A stretch of 64,000 nucleotides of DNA. It comes from Chloroflexota bacterium. GTDB taxonomy: Bacteria > Chloroflexota > Anaerolineae > B4-G1 > SLSP01. Made by a program: the position numbers and the translations under genes. Shown one piece after another: positions 19,874-28,572 of the stretch. The stretch's first letter is position 1; every line of letters begins with the position of its first letter. Under the pieces are notes generated by a model that saw nothing but the letters and a program-made list of their open reading frames with translations, was not told the origin of the DNA and did not search any database. The stretch lies in the NCBI GenBank assembly GCA_019873645.1, contig JAIOAX010000010.1:19728-83727 (forward strand), written 5' to 3'.

Positions 19874-21352
19874 TTATAATATACTTTCTGCTAAAGTGAG
19901 AGCGCTTAAAATTGCAGATCGAACGACTAATTCTGGACAATATAGACATTTACCGATCCAGAGCGGGGGATAGGGAAGATCCAAATGGTGTATTAACCAC
20001 TCTTGTCCTCGTTGAAGTACACTCTTATCAATGTAATTTTGGTGAGACCGCGACCAAAGTGTCAGAGCTTGCATACAATAAGCTGTTTCCTCAGCCGTGG
20101 GTGAATAATATCCCCAGGCCCCATCAGTGTCTTGGGTTGATAGAATCCAATCAATTGCCGAATTTGCCATTACAGAATCATAATTCATACATATTATTGC
20201 GGCATGGCTGGTTGTATAATATGGGGAAACATGCCACTTATCAAACCAAAAAGCTTCTTTTATTCTGGATTTGTTTAAAAAGAGCAATAGTTTCTTTACT
20301 GTCTCATGGGATGTCTTAAAATTAGCTCGTTGCAATGCGCCTAGAATGTGAATATTTGCACTAATAGAGGGGTTTGATTCTAGATCAAAGCAGCGGAAGT
20401 AAAAGGGCTTTTCATAAGAAAGGAGTGCCTCGGAGTCTACACAACGACCATAGTAGCTTAATACATCATAGACGATGCTAGTCTCGTCTCCATCCTTTGG
20501 AATGTAGTTTTGCGCAAAACCTGCTCCTATACCAGGCATCCAGCTTTGTTCTAGAAAGTCGAGATGAGTTTGGCAGAGATCTATTACTTCATTGTCTAGA
20601 AGATTTATGTTCCACTTTAAGTTCCATAATATCCATGCCGGTTCAAAAACATCAAATGGATATACATTAGGCGCGGTACCTGTGGAAGCGACTCTGTGCA
20701 GGTAATTCAAAGCTGCCAGATCACCCCGACGCACATACAAAGCATAGTAGGCCGTAGCCGAGGGGCTGTAACTGATAGAACCATCGTATTCTTGTAGATT
20801 ATCTATATCCAGTAACTTTTTTCCATCACTGCCGGCCATTTCTGCAGAAAATGCCATCGTTACAGACCGATTGATCATGCCGTTAGGCAATAAAGCTAAC
20901 TTGGCCGACCTGAGTGGGGCTAAGGATTTTAACACCTCTGTATTATCGTGATGGATGGCCCCCAAAGCCCGCGCCTCGTGAAGTAAAGTGGGGACAAGTA
21001 GCTCGAAGCCAATGGTTGCACCTGCCGGATCCTCTTGCAAATGCGGGGTCAGCATTTCCAGGGCGGCTTCTGCTGCCTCCAGGCGTTCGCGGTCGCTGCG
21101 TAGACCGCGCCTGGCCAGGGCGTTGATGGCCGCCAGGGTGCAAATCACGCGATCATGGTAGTAAAGCGGTTGTGCCGCGCCCCACGAACCGTCCGGCAAT
21201 TGATGCTCCCGCAACCATTGCAACGCCAGTTCTCCAATCGGTTCGCCGATCTCTACCAGACGCGCTATCCAGGCGGTATCGTAGGCCGTGGGCATCATTT
21301 TCCCCGGTCCGGCCTCTTGAAGGAGTTTGACCCATTCTGCGTGTAAATCCAT
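19874..21352 (-). CDS. Class II diterpene cyclase (copalyl/halimadienyl/kolavenyl-PP synthase type; Rv3377c/Haur_2145-like)
   Basis: TAYDTAWIAR, QW motifs QLPDGSWG and QDTDGAWG, D.....TLA, IGFEL, SPSATA, DGDET (DxDD-type acid motif), DKWHVSPYY, EETAY, LWIGK.LY.P. Confidence 0.9.
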   Translation of the reverse strand: MDLHAEWVKLLQEAGPGKMMPTAYDTAWIARLVEIGEPIGELALQWLREHQLPDGSWGAAQPLYYHDRVICTLAAINALARRGLRSDRERLEAAEAALEMLTPHLQEDPAGATIGFELLVPTLLHEARALGAIHHDNTEVLKSLAPLRSAKLALLPNGMINRSVTMAFSAEMAGSDGKKLLDIDNLQEYDGSISYSPSATAYYALYVRRGDLAALNYLHRVASTGTAPNVYPFDVFEPAWILWNLKWNINLLDNEVIDLCQTHLDFLEQSWMPGIGAGFAQNYIPKDGDETSIVYDVLSYYGRCVDSEALLSYEKPFYFRCFDLESNPSISANIHILGALQRANFKTSHETVKKLLLFLNKSRIKEAFWFDKWHVSPYYTTSHAAIICMNYDSVMANSAIDWILSTQDTDGAWGYYSPTAEETAYCMQALTLWSRSHQNYIDKSVLQRGQEWLIHHLDLPYPPLWIGKCLYCPELVVRSAILSALTLAESIL

Positions 21353-21411
21353 AGCTAATCAGGTTTTCCTGGACTTAAAAATATTTTCGGGAGGACTTGT
21401 TTTTGTATTTG

Positions 21412-21457
21412 ACCGGCTGAAGCCGGTGTGCACATGTGCGCACCGGCTTCAGCCGGT
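21412..21457. repeat. Nested palindrome upstream of the cyclase gene
   Basis: ACCGGCTGAAGCCGGTG-TGCACATGTGCG-CACCGGCTTCAGCCGGT. Confidence 0.7.
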
Positions 21458-21708
21458 TTTTTCCCCAGACACTCTCAATTTCACATTCATCCATGCCCAC
21501 AAAGGTCTAGTACACGGGGGCGGAAATGACTTCCCCGTTAAATTCTTCTCCCATCGCTCAAAGGGGAACGCCAGTTCCCCGTGCGGTCTTCGACGCGCCC
21601 ATTATGTCCGCCGCATAGCATCAGTGCTCGACATAACACCTCAAAACCGCAGATCTGACGATCCGCTTCAAGCCTCGCTAACCAACATGGAATTTTTGCC
21701 ATGATGGA

Positions 21709-22629
21709 CTAGACTACATTTGGAGACTGAATCTGAGCCTTAGGATACCAGACGCCTTTATACATTGTCCCGATACCCAGAATGTTTTCTGCATTCGTTT
21801 GGTAAAAGGCGCGCATTGCGGCCCAATCCGCCGGGGTCATTTCACTGTAATCGCTTTCTTCTTTGGGACGGGCGTACAGGTGGTCAAAAAGGATGGTGCG
21901 CAATTGTCGCGTATCCAGATATAACGAAGGGGCGACCGTGAAGTACAAGTCTTCGTTGCCCGTCGAAACCAGCGGCATATCGAAAGCGGTGAACTTATCA
22001 AACCCGATGAAAAAATCCACCGGCGTGACATACTCGCCATAGTAAGCTTCAACAATCTCGCGTTTGTTCGGCAAGCGACCATACGTCTGGTGAAACTGTG
22101 CGCCGATGGCCGCCACGGTTTCCGCCGCATCGTGAGCACACACGCCGAAGAAAAGCCGGTAGCGATTGTGTGAAGCCGTCCGTTGTTCAACGGCTTGAAA
22201 ATCGCGGATAAAACCGGCGTAAGGCGTTCCTTCAAAGTAACGCCGGTAATCACCGTACACGCGCACCCGCACATCGTAAGCCGCATAGAAATCCAGGAAG
22301 TCTTGCCCCCGCGCGAACCAGGATAACCCATCGCGGATCAAGGCGTCGTACTCCTCTCCGCGTTCTAAAATATCCGGGCCGAAAACCGGCGTCAGCAAGG
22401 TATCTATGCCGTGGTCAAAAAACAATTTATAGACTTCGACATGGCAACGCCCGGCAATATCCAGATAGGCTCTGACAAAATTTTCGGCAACCGCTTCAGG
22501 ATATTCCAGGATTAACCACCGCCGCGTTCCGTTGATCGGGAACACGCACACCTTCGGTCCGGCGGCGCGCACGATGCGCGCCACCTCCTCGGTGGGCAAG
22601 TTCAAAAAGGTCTCCAGGTCCATCTTCAT
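21709..22629 (-). CDS. Rv3378c/Haur_2146-like diterpenyl transferase/synthase (cis-prenyltransferase-like fold)
   Basis: FLNLPTEEVARIVRAAGPKVCVFPINGTRRW closely resembles recalled Rv3378c FLDLP..VAEIVR..GPKV.VFPFDGTRRW. Also FDHGIDT, RG..Y, VRVYGDY, LFFGV, YYGEYV, DLYF and LR.IL.DH. Start overlaps the GT87 stop (ATGA); alternative ATG at 22623. Confidence 0.85.
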   Translation of the reverse strand: MKMDLETFLNLPTEEVARIVRAAGPKVCVFPINGTRRWLILEYPEAVAENFVRAYLDIAGRCHVEVYKLFFDHGIDTLLTPVFGPDILERGEEYDALIRDGLSWFARGQDFLDFYAAYDVRVRVYGDYRRYFEGTPYAGFIRDFQAVEQRTASHNRYRLFFGVCAHDAAETVAAIGAQFHQTYGRLPNKREIVEAYYGEYVTPVDFFIGFDKFTAFDMPLVSTGNEDLYFTVAPSLYLDTRQLRTILFDHLYARPKEESDYSEMTPADWAAMRAFYQTNAENILGIGTMYKGVWYPKAQIQSPNVV

Positions 22630-23987
22630 GCTCCTGTGAGATGCCGGGCCGGCGCAGCGCGCCATAGACGCGCCAGCAAAACGGCGTACAGCATCAAAAT
22701 GGTTGCCATAATCAAAGGGAAATAAATGGCCGGATCGGTAGCGACGTAAGGGCCGGGCAAGATAATGTCCATTCCGCCGAAGATAAGGCTGCCTACCCGC
22801 CAGGGGTCCAGCAAGGCATAGGGAAGAAATGCCAGGTGTATCCACATTTTTCCTACTTGTGAAGATGTTGTCCCTAACAAATAAGGATAAAGCGCGACCC
22901 CCAGACACAATTCCCACACCATATCCAGCCAGATAAAAGCACCTAAGTACAGAATAAATGCGAAATCAAGGCCCAGTTGTGGCTTCTGGTCGCCACGTTG
23001 ATTGACCGGATAAAGAAGATGGCGCAAACAAACCACTCCCAGGGGAATCAAAAGCAGTATTTTAACCACGGTCGCCAGGTGTAATGTCTGCTGCGATACA
23101 CCGAGTCGGTAAACGACGATTTGTTTGATAGAATGATTATATCCCAAAAATGCCTTGTCCGGCCCGCGCCAGGGAAAATCTCGACTGAGTCGCCCCAGGA
23201 AAGCCACATAATCGCGGTATTGCCCCCACCCGTAAGCCGGCCCGACGACCAGAATGGTCATGCCGGTGATGACAATATAAACAAGCACCGTCAGCGCCAG
23301 CAATTGAAAGAAAAAACGCCGTCGTCCGAGCAAGAGAGGCACGGCCGCGGCGAAAGTCCAATGGGGTTTGATCTGGAGGATGATCGAGAGCCACAAGAGC
23401 GACCATCCCAGGTGTTCTGTCAGAATGGCTTCGATCAACAATGTGGCCAATAAGGCCATGATGATATAGATATTCAGGTAGCCCAGATCCGTCCAAAAAG
23501 ATGAAAAGAGCAACCACACCGGCAACACCCAGGCTAACATCCTAAGTGCGCGAGGAAGATTGAGGCGTTTGAAAATTCGTCCCCACATGATGTACATAAT
23601 CCCATAGGCGATGATGTGCAACAGAGTATGGACTACCGACGCGCCTACAGGGGATAGCCACGAAAAAGGTACGAAGGCCAGAGCGAAGGAAGGGGCATAA
23701 GGATAGTGATCTTCAAGCCGCGCCAGTGAGCCTTTCAGATACAAGTCTTGCCTGGCGCGCAGATGTTTGGCCGCATTGAGATAAATCTGCAGATCGGCCG
23801 GCACCACCGGCCCTTCCACATCTACCCATGCCGGCACACCCCCCAGGATTTTGGCTTCGGGGAACAGCATCATCGCCAAAACCACCCCCTGCACCACCAA
23901 CCGCAGCAAGGTATACACCGCCGCCGCGGTCAGCAACACGCGGTAGGTTCTGGAGCTGCGCCAGAGTTGCTTGATCTCGGAACCCAT
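22626..23987 (-). CDS. GT87/DUF2029-like membrane glycosyltransferase (GT-C fold)
   Basis: Polytopic. ADLQIYLNAA...LY...YPYAP.FAL.F.P, N, IKP and NHSI patterns are typical of GT87. Confidence 0.72.
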   Translation of the reverse strand: MGSEIKQLWRSSRTYRVLLTAAAVYTLLRLVVQGVVLAMMLFPEAKILGGVPAWVDVEGPVVPADLQIYLNAAKHLRARQDLYLKGSLARLEDHYPYAPSFALAFVPFSWLSPVGASVVHTLLHIIAYGIMYIMWGRIFKRLNLPRALRMLAWVLPVWLLFSSFWTDLGYLNIYIIMALLATLLIEAILTEHLGWSLLWLSIILQIKPHWTFAAAVPLLLGRRRFFFQLLALTVLVYIVITGMTILVVGPAYGWGQYRDYVAFLGRLSRDFPWRGPDKAFLGYNHSIKQIVVYRLGVSQQTLHLATVVKILLLIPLGVVCLRHLLYPVNQRGDQKPQLGLDFAFILYLGAFIWLDMVWELCLGVALYPYLLGTTSSQVGKMWIHLAFLPYALLDPWRVGSLIFGGMDIILPGPYVATDPAIYFPLIMATILMLYAVLLARLWRAAPARHLTGA

Positions 23988-23990
23988 AGC

Positions 23991-24533
23991 TTACATCAAC
24001 AACAGGTAACTGTAATCAATCGCGCTGATGAGCAGCGTCATAAACAAGGCCAGCAAGGCGGCGTTCAGCAAGGCCGTGCGCAACGGCTTGTCCTTCTGCT
24101 GCCGTAACGCACGCATTAACAAGGCGCCCACGAGGCCCAACGCCAGGCCGTGCAGGACTACGCCGATCCACGGGGCATTGCCCGCGGCTGCGCCTTGCGC
24201 CAGTGCCAACCCCACGCCCGTCAGCCCGCCGAAAAGGGCATCTATCTTCCGGTTGCTCCAGCGGCTTTCGGTGGCCAGGTAGGCGGCAAAGAGCACCTGC
24301 AAAATTCCAAAGGTCACAATGTTCACCACCGTGACCGCCCACGGCTCGTGGTAGCCGCTGATGAGCGGTTCGGTGTAGCGGATGAGCAACGAGCCTGCCA
24401 CGGCGCTGACGAGGCTGCACAGTACCGCGTCACGACGTCGGCCTCTGGCCCACAGCCATACTGCCGCCACGAATAAGATCAGCACGGGCGCGTTCTGGAC
24501 GAATTCCCAGAAGATGGCGTTGATGAATATCAT
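23991..24533 (-). CDS. Hypothetical multi-pass membrane protein
   Basis: 180 aa with ~6 hydrophobic segments, tightly packed in the operon. Confidence 0.75.
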   Translation of the reverse strand: MIFINAIFWEFVQNAPVLILFVAAVWLWARGRRRDAVLCSLVSAVAGSLLIRYTEPLISGYHEPWAVTVVNIVTFGILQVLFAAYLATESRWSNRKIDALFGGLTGVGLALAQGAAAGNAPWIGVVLHGLALGLVGALLMRALRQQKDKPLRTALLNAALLALFMTLLISAIDYSYLLLM

Positions 24534-24535
24534 CT

Positions 24536-26863
24536 CTATTCTCCCCGCAGGACCTGGACGATGGGAATCCGCGCTGCCCGCTTCCCCGGCAGATAGCTCC
24601 CCGCGACGCTGACGATGACCATCAGCACAGGGATCGCTGCAACGTATAAGCCATTCAGCGTTGTCTCCACTGCGCCGAATCCGTAAGTTTTCGAAAGCGC
24701 GGCCAATACGCTGTTAGTGAATCCCCATCCTAACGGCAACCCTGTCAAGGCCGCTAAAAATCCCAGGAAACCGGCCGCTGTGTTGACCATCAGCACAACC
24801 TGTCGGGGCGTGAAGCCGAGCGTCTTGAGCACACCGATCACGCGCAGCTTCTCCTGGACAGCTAACAGCGAGGTATTAAACACACTAACCAATGCTATAC
24901 CTATTAGAATACCGGATAATGCAAAAAGTGCAAGTTGCAGGTAGACCACGACGCCAGGAATGGCCTGCCCGGCGAAGGTTAGATTCAGGTCGGATTCCGG
25001 TTTGGGTTCGATATAACGCTTTAACAGCGCCGTGTCGGTATGCGGCGCGAGCTTCAGGTAGTAGACGGCCGGGCTTTCCCCTGGCAACAATCGCGCCAGC
25101 GTGGAGAAATTCGCCATGGCCATCTGCCCGGTGTTGACCGGCTCTGTATACGCGCCGACGATGCGCCAGGTGACGGGGCGGTTGCGGCGGCCATCCACAA
25201 TGACCGTCAACTCGTCGCCGACACGCAAGCCCAACCAATCTAACAATCCCTGCCCGGCCATCACCTCGTCGGTGTCTGGACGGATCAGCCGTCCTTCCAG
25301 GATTCTGAAGGGGAAGGAGGAAAGCTCGCCATCCACCGCGCGCACTTGAAAGCTCTCTCCCGTCGGCGTTTCGACGTCCACGCGGTATTCGCCGTAGAAG
25401 GCTGTCACGCCGGGCGCACGTTCCAGGAGATGGCGCACTTTGCTATCTGGCGTTATGCCGCGCGTGACGATGGCATCGTAGGCGATGCCCAACAGGTGCG
25501 GGTTGGCCTTGTAGGTTTCCAGCGTCTCGTTCAACGTCAACCCGAAGACGATGCCGACGACGCCGATCAACAGGTTCAGGCCGGTGCTCAACGAACGGAA
25601 CGGCCGGGCAAAGACATCGCTTAAGCCCAACACAAAGGGGATCGAGAAGCCCAGGCGTGCCGCCAGCCGCGGCAGCCAGAATTCCTTCTTGGCCGGGGCC
25701 TCCGCGCCGGTGGCGATGGCTTTGACGATGTTGGCTTGCGCCGCCCGCCGCGCCGAGCGCCACGCAGCCGCTGCGATGATCGTCGGGATGATGCCCAGCA
25801 CCAGCATAACGATCAGGGGGTTGAACGGCGGGCGGAAAGTGGTGCTCAACGCCGAGGCGACATTCCGCAGGGGCAGGGGCGAGAGCAGCAAACCGAGCAC
25901 CAGACCGATGGGGCAGCCGATCAGCCCCAAGACCAGGTATTGCCCCAGGTAGAGCCAGAGGATTTGCGCTTTGGTGAAACCTACGGCCTTGAGGATGCCC
26001 ACTTGCCGGAATTGCGACAGGACAAACGCGCTGATGCCGCTGACGATAACCAGCACCGTCGCCAGGATTGCGAACAGGCTGAAGGCGCCCAACAGGATGA
26101 AGTTGAGCCGCGCGCCGAAGTTGGCCGAACGCTTCACATCCCGCCAATCTGTGTGATTGCGCACGGCGTCGGGCTGGAGCAGTGCCTCGATCTGCGTCAG
26201 AACCTCGGTCACGGCTTCGGGGTCCGCCAGGCGCAGCCCCAGCGACCATTCCCAGGCGGTGGAATCGGGATACAGCTCCCGAAAGAGGCTTTGACTGACG
26301 TAGAGATAGGGTGGTTGGGTGTTGCGATAGGTGTCCCAGGTGGGGTTGTAGGCCAGTCCGATGACCGGCAAGCTGACTTTTTTGCCGTCTTGCCGGGTGA
26401 CGCCGATGCTGTCGCCGACTGCCAGCCCGTACAGGTCCGCCAGGTCGCGGCTGGCAAGCACTTCAGCTTGCCGGGGAAGCAGGTAGCGGCCCGCTTGCAC
26501 CAGCAGGCGGTTCACCCGCGGCGGTTGCAACGGCGTGTCGCGGATGCTCACCCAGACCCGCGTATCGCCGATTGACACCCGTGCTGTGACACTGTACTGG
26601 AGGCCGGTGCTGTCTGTCACTTCCGGCAGCGCTTCGAGGCGGGCGATGTCCCGGCGGGTGACTTTGGCGCGGTCGAAATACAACCACAGATGCGCGCCAT
26701 TCAGCGTGGCAAAGGAACGGTCGTAGGGCGCGCTGAGGTTGAGCAGTGTTGCCAGCGCCAGGGTCAGCAACATCGTCGCCGAGACAATCGTCATCAGTGT
26801 CAGGAGCGAGATGAACGGCCTTCCGACGACATCAGCTTTGAGTTTCTGCCAGATGGCTAACAT
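24536..26863 (-). CDS. ABC exporter permease, FtsX/MacB type (two repeats)
   Basis: Two GILKAVGFT / GVLKTLGFT FtsX motifs, each with a large extracytoplasmic domain. Confidence 0.9.
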   Translation of the reverse strand: MLAIWQKLKADVVGRPFISLLTLMTIVSATMLLTLALATLLNLSAPYDRSFATLNGAHLWLYFDRAKVTRRDIARLEALPEVTDSTGLQYSVTARVSIGDTRVWVSIRDTPLQPPRVNRLLVQAGRYLLPRQAEVLASRDLADLYGLAVGDSIGVTRQDGKKVSLPVIGLAYNPTWDTYRNTQPPYLYVSQSLFRELYPDSTAWEWSLGLRLADPEAVTEVLTQIEALLQPDAVRNHTDWRDVKRSANFGARLNFILLGAFSLFAILATVLVIVSGISAFVLSQFRQVGILKAVGFTKAQILWLYLGQYLVLGLIGCPIGLVLGLLLSPLPLRNVASALSTTFRPPFNPLIVMLVLGIIPTIIAAAAWRSARRAAQANIVKAIATGAEAPAKKEFWLPRLAARLGFSIPFVLGLSDVFARPFRSLSTGLNLLIGVVGIVFGLTLNETLETYKANPHLLGIAYDAIVTRGITPDSKVRHLLERAPGVTAFYGEYRVDVETPTGESFQVRAVDGELSSFPFRILEGRLIRPDTDEVMAGQGLLDWLGLRVGDELTVIVDGRRNRPVTWRIVGAYTEPVNTGQMAMANFSTLARLLPGESPAVYYLKLAPHTDTALLKRYIEPKPESDLNLTFAGQAIPGVVVYLQLALFALSGILIGIALVSVFNTSLLAVQEKLRVIGVLKTLGFTPRQVVLMVNTAAGFLGFLAALTGLPLGWGFTNSVLAALSKTYGFGAVETTLNGLYVAAIPVLMVIVSVAGSYLPGKRAARIPIVQVLRGE

Positions 26864-26866
26864 AGT

Positions 26867-26943
26867 GAATCAAGAATCAGCGAATGAGCGAATCAGCGAA
26901 TGAGCGAATCAGCGAATGAGCGAATCCCCCAATCCCCAATCCC
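26867..26943. repeat. Octamer tandem repeat (AGCGAATG/AGCGAATC) plus AATCCCC heptamers
   Basis: GAATCAGCGAATGAGCGAATCAGCGAATGAGCGAATC... Confidence 0.8.
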
Positions 26944-27677
26944 TACGTTTCGGTCAGGGTGATCATGAATTGGGCGATGCGCTGCACGTCCACGCCCGGC
27001 ATTTCTTCGACCAGCCGCCCATCGCGGATGAAGATGACGTGCTTGGCTTGCGCGGCGGCCGACGCGTCGTGCGTCACCATCAAAATTGTCTGCCCCTGCG
27101 CGTTACATTCACGCAAGATGTGCAGCACTTCCTGCCCGCTTTTGCTGTCCAGGTTACCCGTAGGTTCGTCGGCCAGCAGGAGCGTGGGCTGGTTGATCAG
27201 CGCCCGTGCGATGGCAACCCGCTGCTGTTGTCCGCCCGAAAGTTCCCACGGATGTTTGCGCGCTTGATCCAGAATCCCCAGGCGTTCCATCAACGCATTG
27301 GCCCGCTGCCGCACGGCTTTGCGCTCTCGTCCGCTCTGTAACAGCGCCGGCAACTCGATGTTGGCCTGGACCGTCAGGTTGTCAATCAGATTGAAGAACT
27401 GGAAGATAAAGCCGATGTGCGTGCGGCGGAATTTTGCCAGCGCCGTTTCGTTCATGGCGCTCAGGACGGCGTCCCGGACTTCGATCCGTCCGGCGGAGGG
27501 GCGATCCAGCCCCCCCAGCAGGTGCAGCAGGGTGGATTTTCCACTGCCCGACGGTCCCATCACCGCGACAAAATCACCTTCGGCCAGCTCCAGCGAGACA
27601 CCGCGCAAGGCGGTGAAGGCGACCGCGCCGGTTTTGTAGATTTTCTCGACGTTGACAAGCCTGACCAGCGCCGTCAT
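26943..27677 (-). CDS. ABC transporter ATP-binding protein (LolD/MacB type)
   Basis: GPSGSGKST, FIFQFFNL, LSGGQQQRVAIARAL, LLADEPTGNLDS. Confidence 0.93.
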   Translation of the reverse strand: MTALVRLVNVEKIYKTGAVAFTALRGVSLELAEGDFVAVMGPSGSGKSTLLHLLGGLDRPSAGRIEVRDAVLSAMNETALAKFRRTHIGFIFQFFNLIDNLTVQANIELPALLQSGRERKAVRQRANALMERLGILDQARKHPWELSGGQQQRVAIARALINQPTLLLADEPTGNLDSKSGQEVLHILRECNAQGQTILMVTHDASAAAQAKHVIFIRDGRLVEEMPGVDVQRIAQFMITLTET

Positions 27678-28474
27678 ACCTGCGTATAGCACGTGCGGGT
27701 GAAATAAGTCTTGAAGCCGGCGATGCGCAGGAAACGCTCGAAGGGCGCGCCGGCCGTCGTCTGCAACAGGGCGCGCCGGCAGCCCCAGGCATAAGCGTCG
27801 GCATAGACCTTGGCCGTCAGCCCGCTGAGCACTTTCAGCCCGCGCAGTCTGGAGATAATGCCTGCGCTTCCCACAATTGCCAGGTCTTCATGGCAGAGCA
27901 GAGTGCACACCCCTAGCGGTTGCCCGTCGAACGTCGCCACGTAGTGAAACATCCCCGGCAGACCGATGGAAGGCGTAAGCACCTCGGCCAGCGCTTCGGC
28001 GTACTCTTCCGGCATCCCAAAGGCTTTCAGGAAGACCTGTGCAAAGGTCGGCGCTTCGCTTTTGTCAATACTATGCACTTCCACGCGCGCGGGTACGGCC
28101 GATTGCACCAGGTCTTCCGGGCGTTCCAGGACCATCCAGGCTTCCTGTTCCTTTTGGCGGATGAAGCCCGCCTGCTCCAATTGGCGGGGCAAGTCTTCCG
28201 GCGTGCATGCCGGTGAAAGAAAGACCGTCGGTGGCAGTTCGCGTGAGGTGAAGTGTTCCATGATCTCGGCAATCAAATCCTGGGCCGTCTCGCGTGTGGC
28301 CCGCAACAGACAGGCGTGATTGACATCCGGTGTGGGGAAAATCTGACTGCTGGTGATGATCATATCATCCCGCAGGATCAACTCCACGCCCGGCGTTGCG
28401 GCAACCATCGGTTGCATCGCCACATAGTTTTGCCGTTCGAGAGCCGCCATTGCTTCAACCGTCACTTTTGTCAT
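27674..28474 (-). CDS. GNAT-fold acetyltransferase-like protein
   Basis: C-terminal GNAT-like pattern (YVA..DGQPLG..TL...LAIV...RG...LQT......GF). The acetyl-CoA motif is only partly conserved. Confidence 0.55.
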   Translation of the reverse strand: MTKVTVEAMAALERQNYVAMQPMVAATPGVELILRDDMIITSSQIFPTPDVNHACLLRATRETAQDLIAEIMEHFTSRELPPTVFLSPACTPEDLPRQLEQAGFIRQKEQEAWMVLERPEDLVQSAVPARVEVHSIDKSEAPTFAQVFLKAFGMPEEYAEALAEVLTPSIGLPGMFHYVATFDGQPLGVCTLLCHEDLAIVGSAGIISRLRGLKVLSGLTAKVYADAYAWGCRRALLQTTAGAPFERFLRIAGFKTYFTRTCYTQV

Positions 28475-28496
28475 ACCACATCTCCTTGTTCCAATT

Positions 28497-28537
28497 CTGC
28501 GGTGGCGCGGTCAAAGACCGGCCACAGCGAGAGATCT
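28497..28537. repeat. REP-like element, family R, copy 1
   Basis: GTGGCGCGGTCAAAGACCGGCCACAGC; related copies at 36453-36520, 40128-40206 and 50398-50493. Confidence 0.65.
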
Positions 28538-28572
28538 TCAGTGGCGCAGGCCGTACAAGAGTGGTTAAAGTA

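Noticed and set aside
21538-21702. 54-codon minus-strand ORF between the transferase and the cyclase (possible peptide signal)
   Set aside because: No RBS and no leader or peptide features; more likely regulatory DNA.
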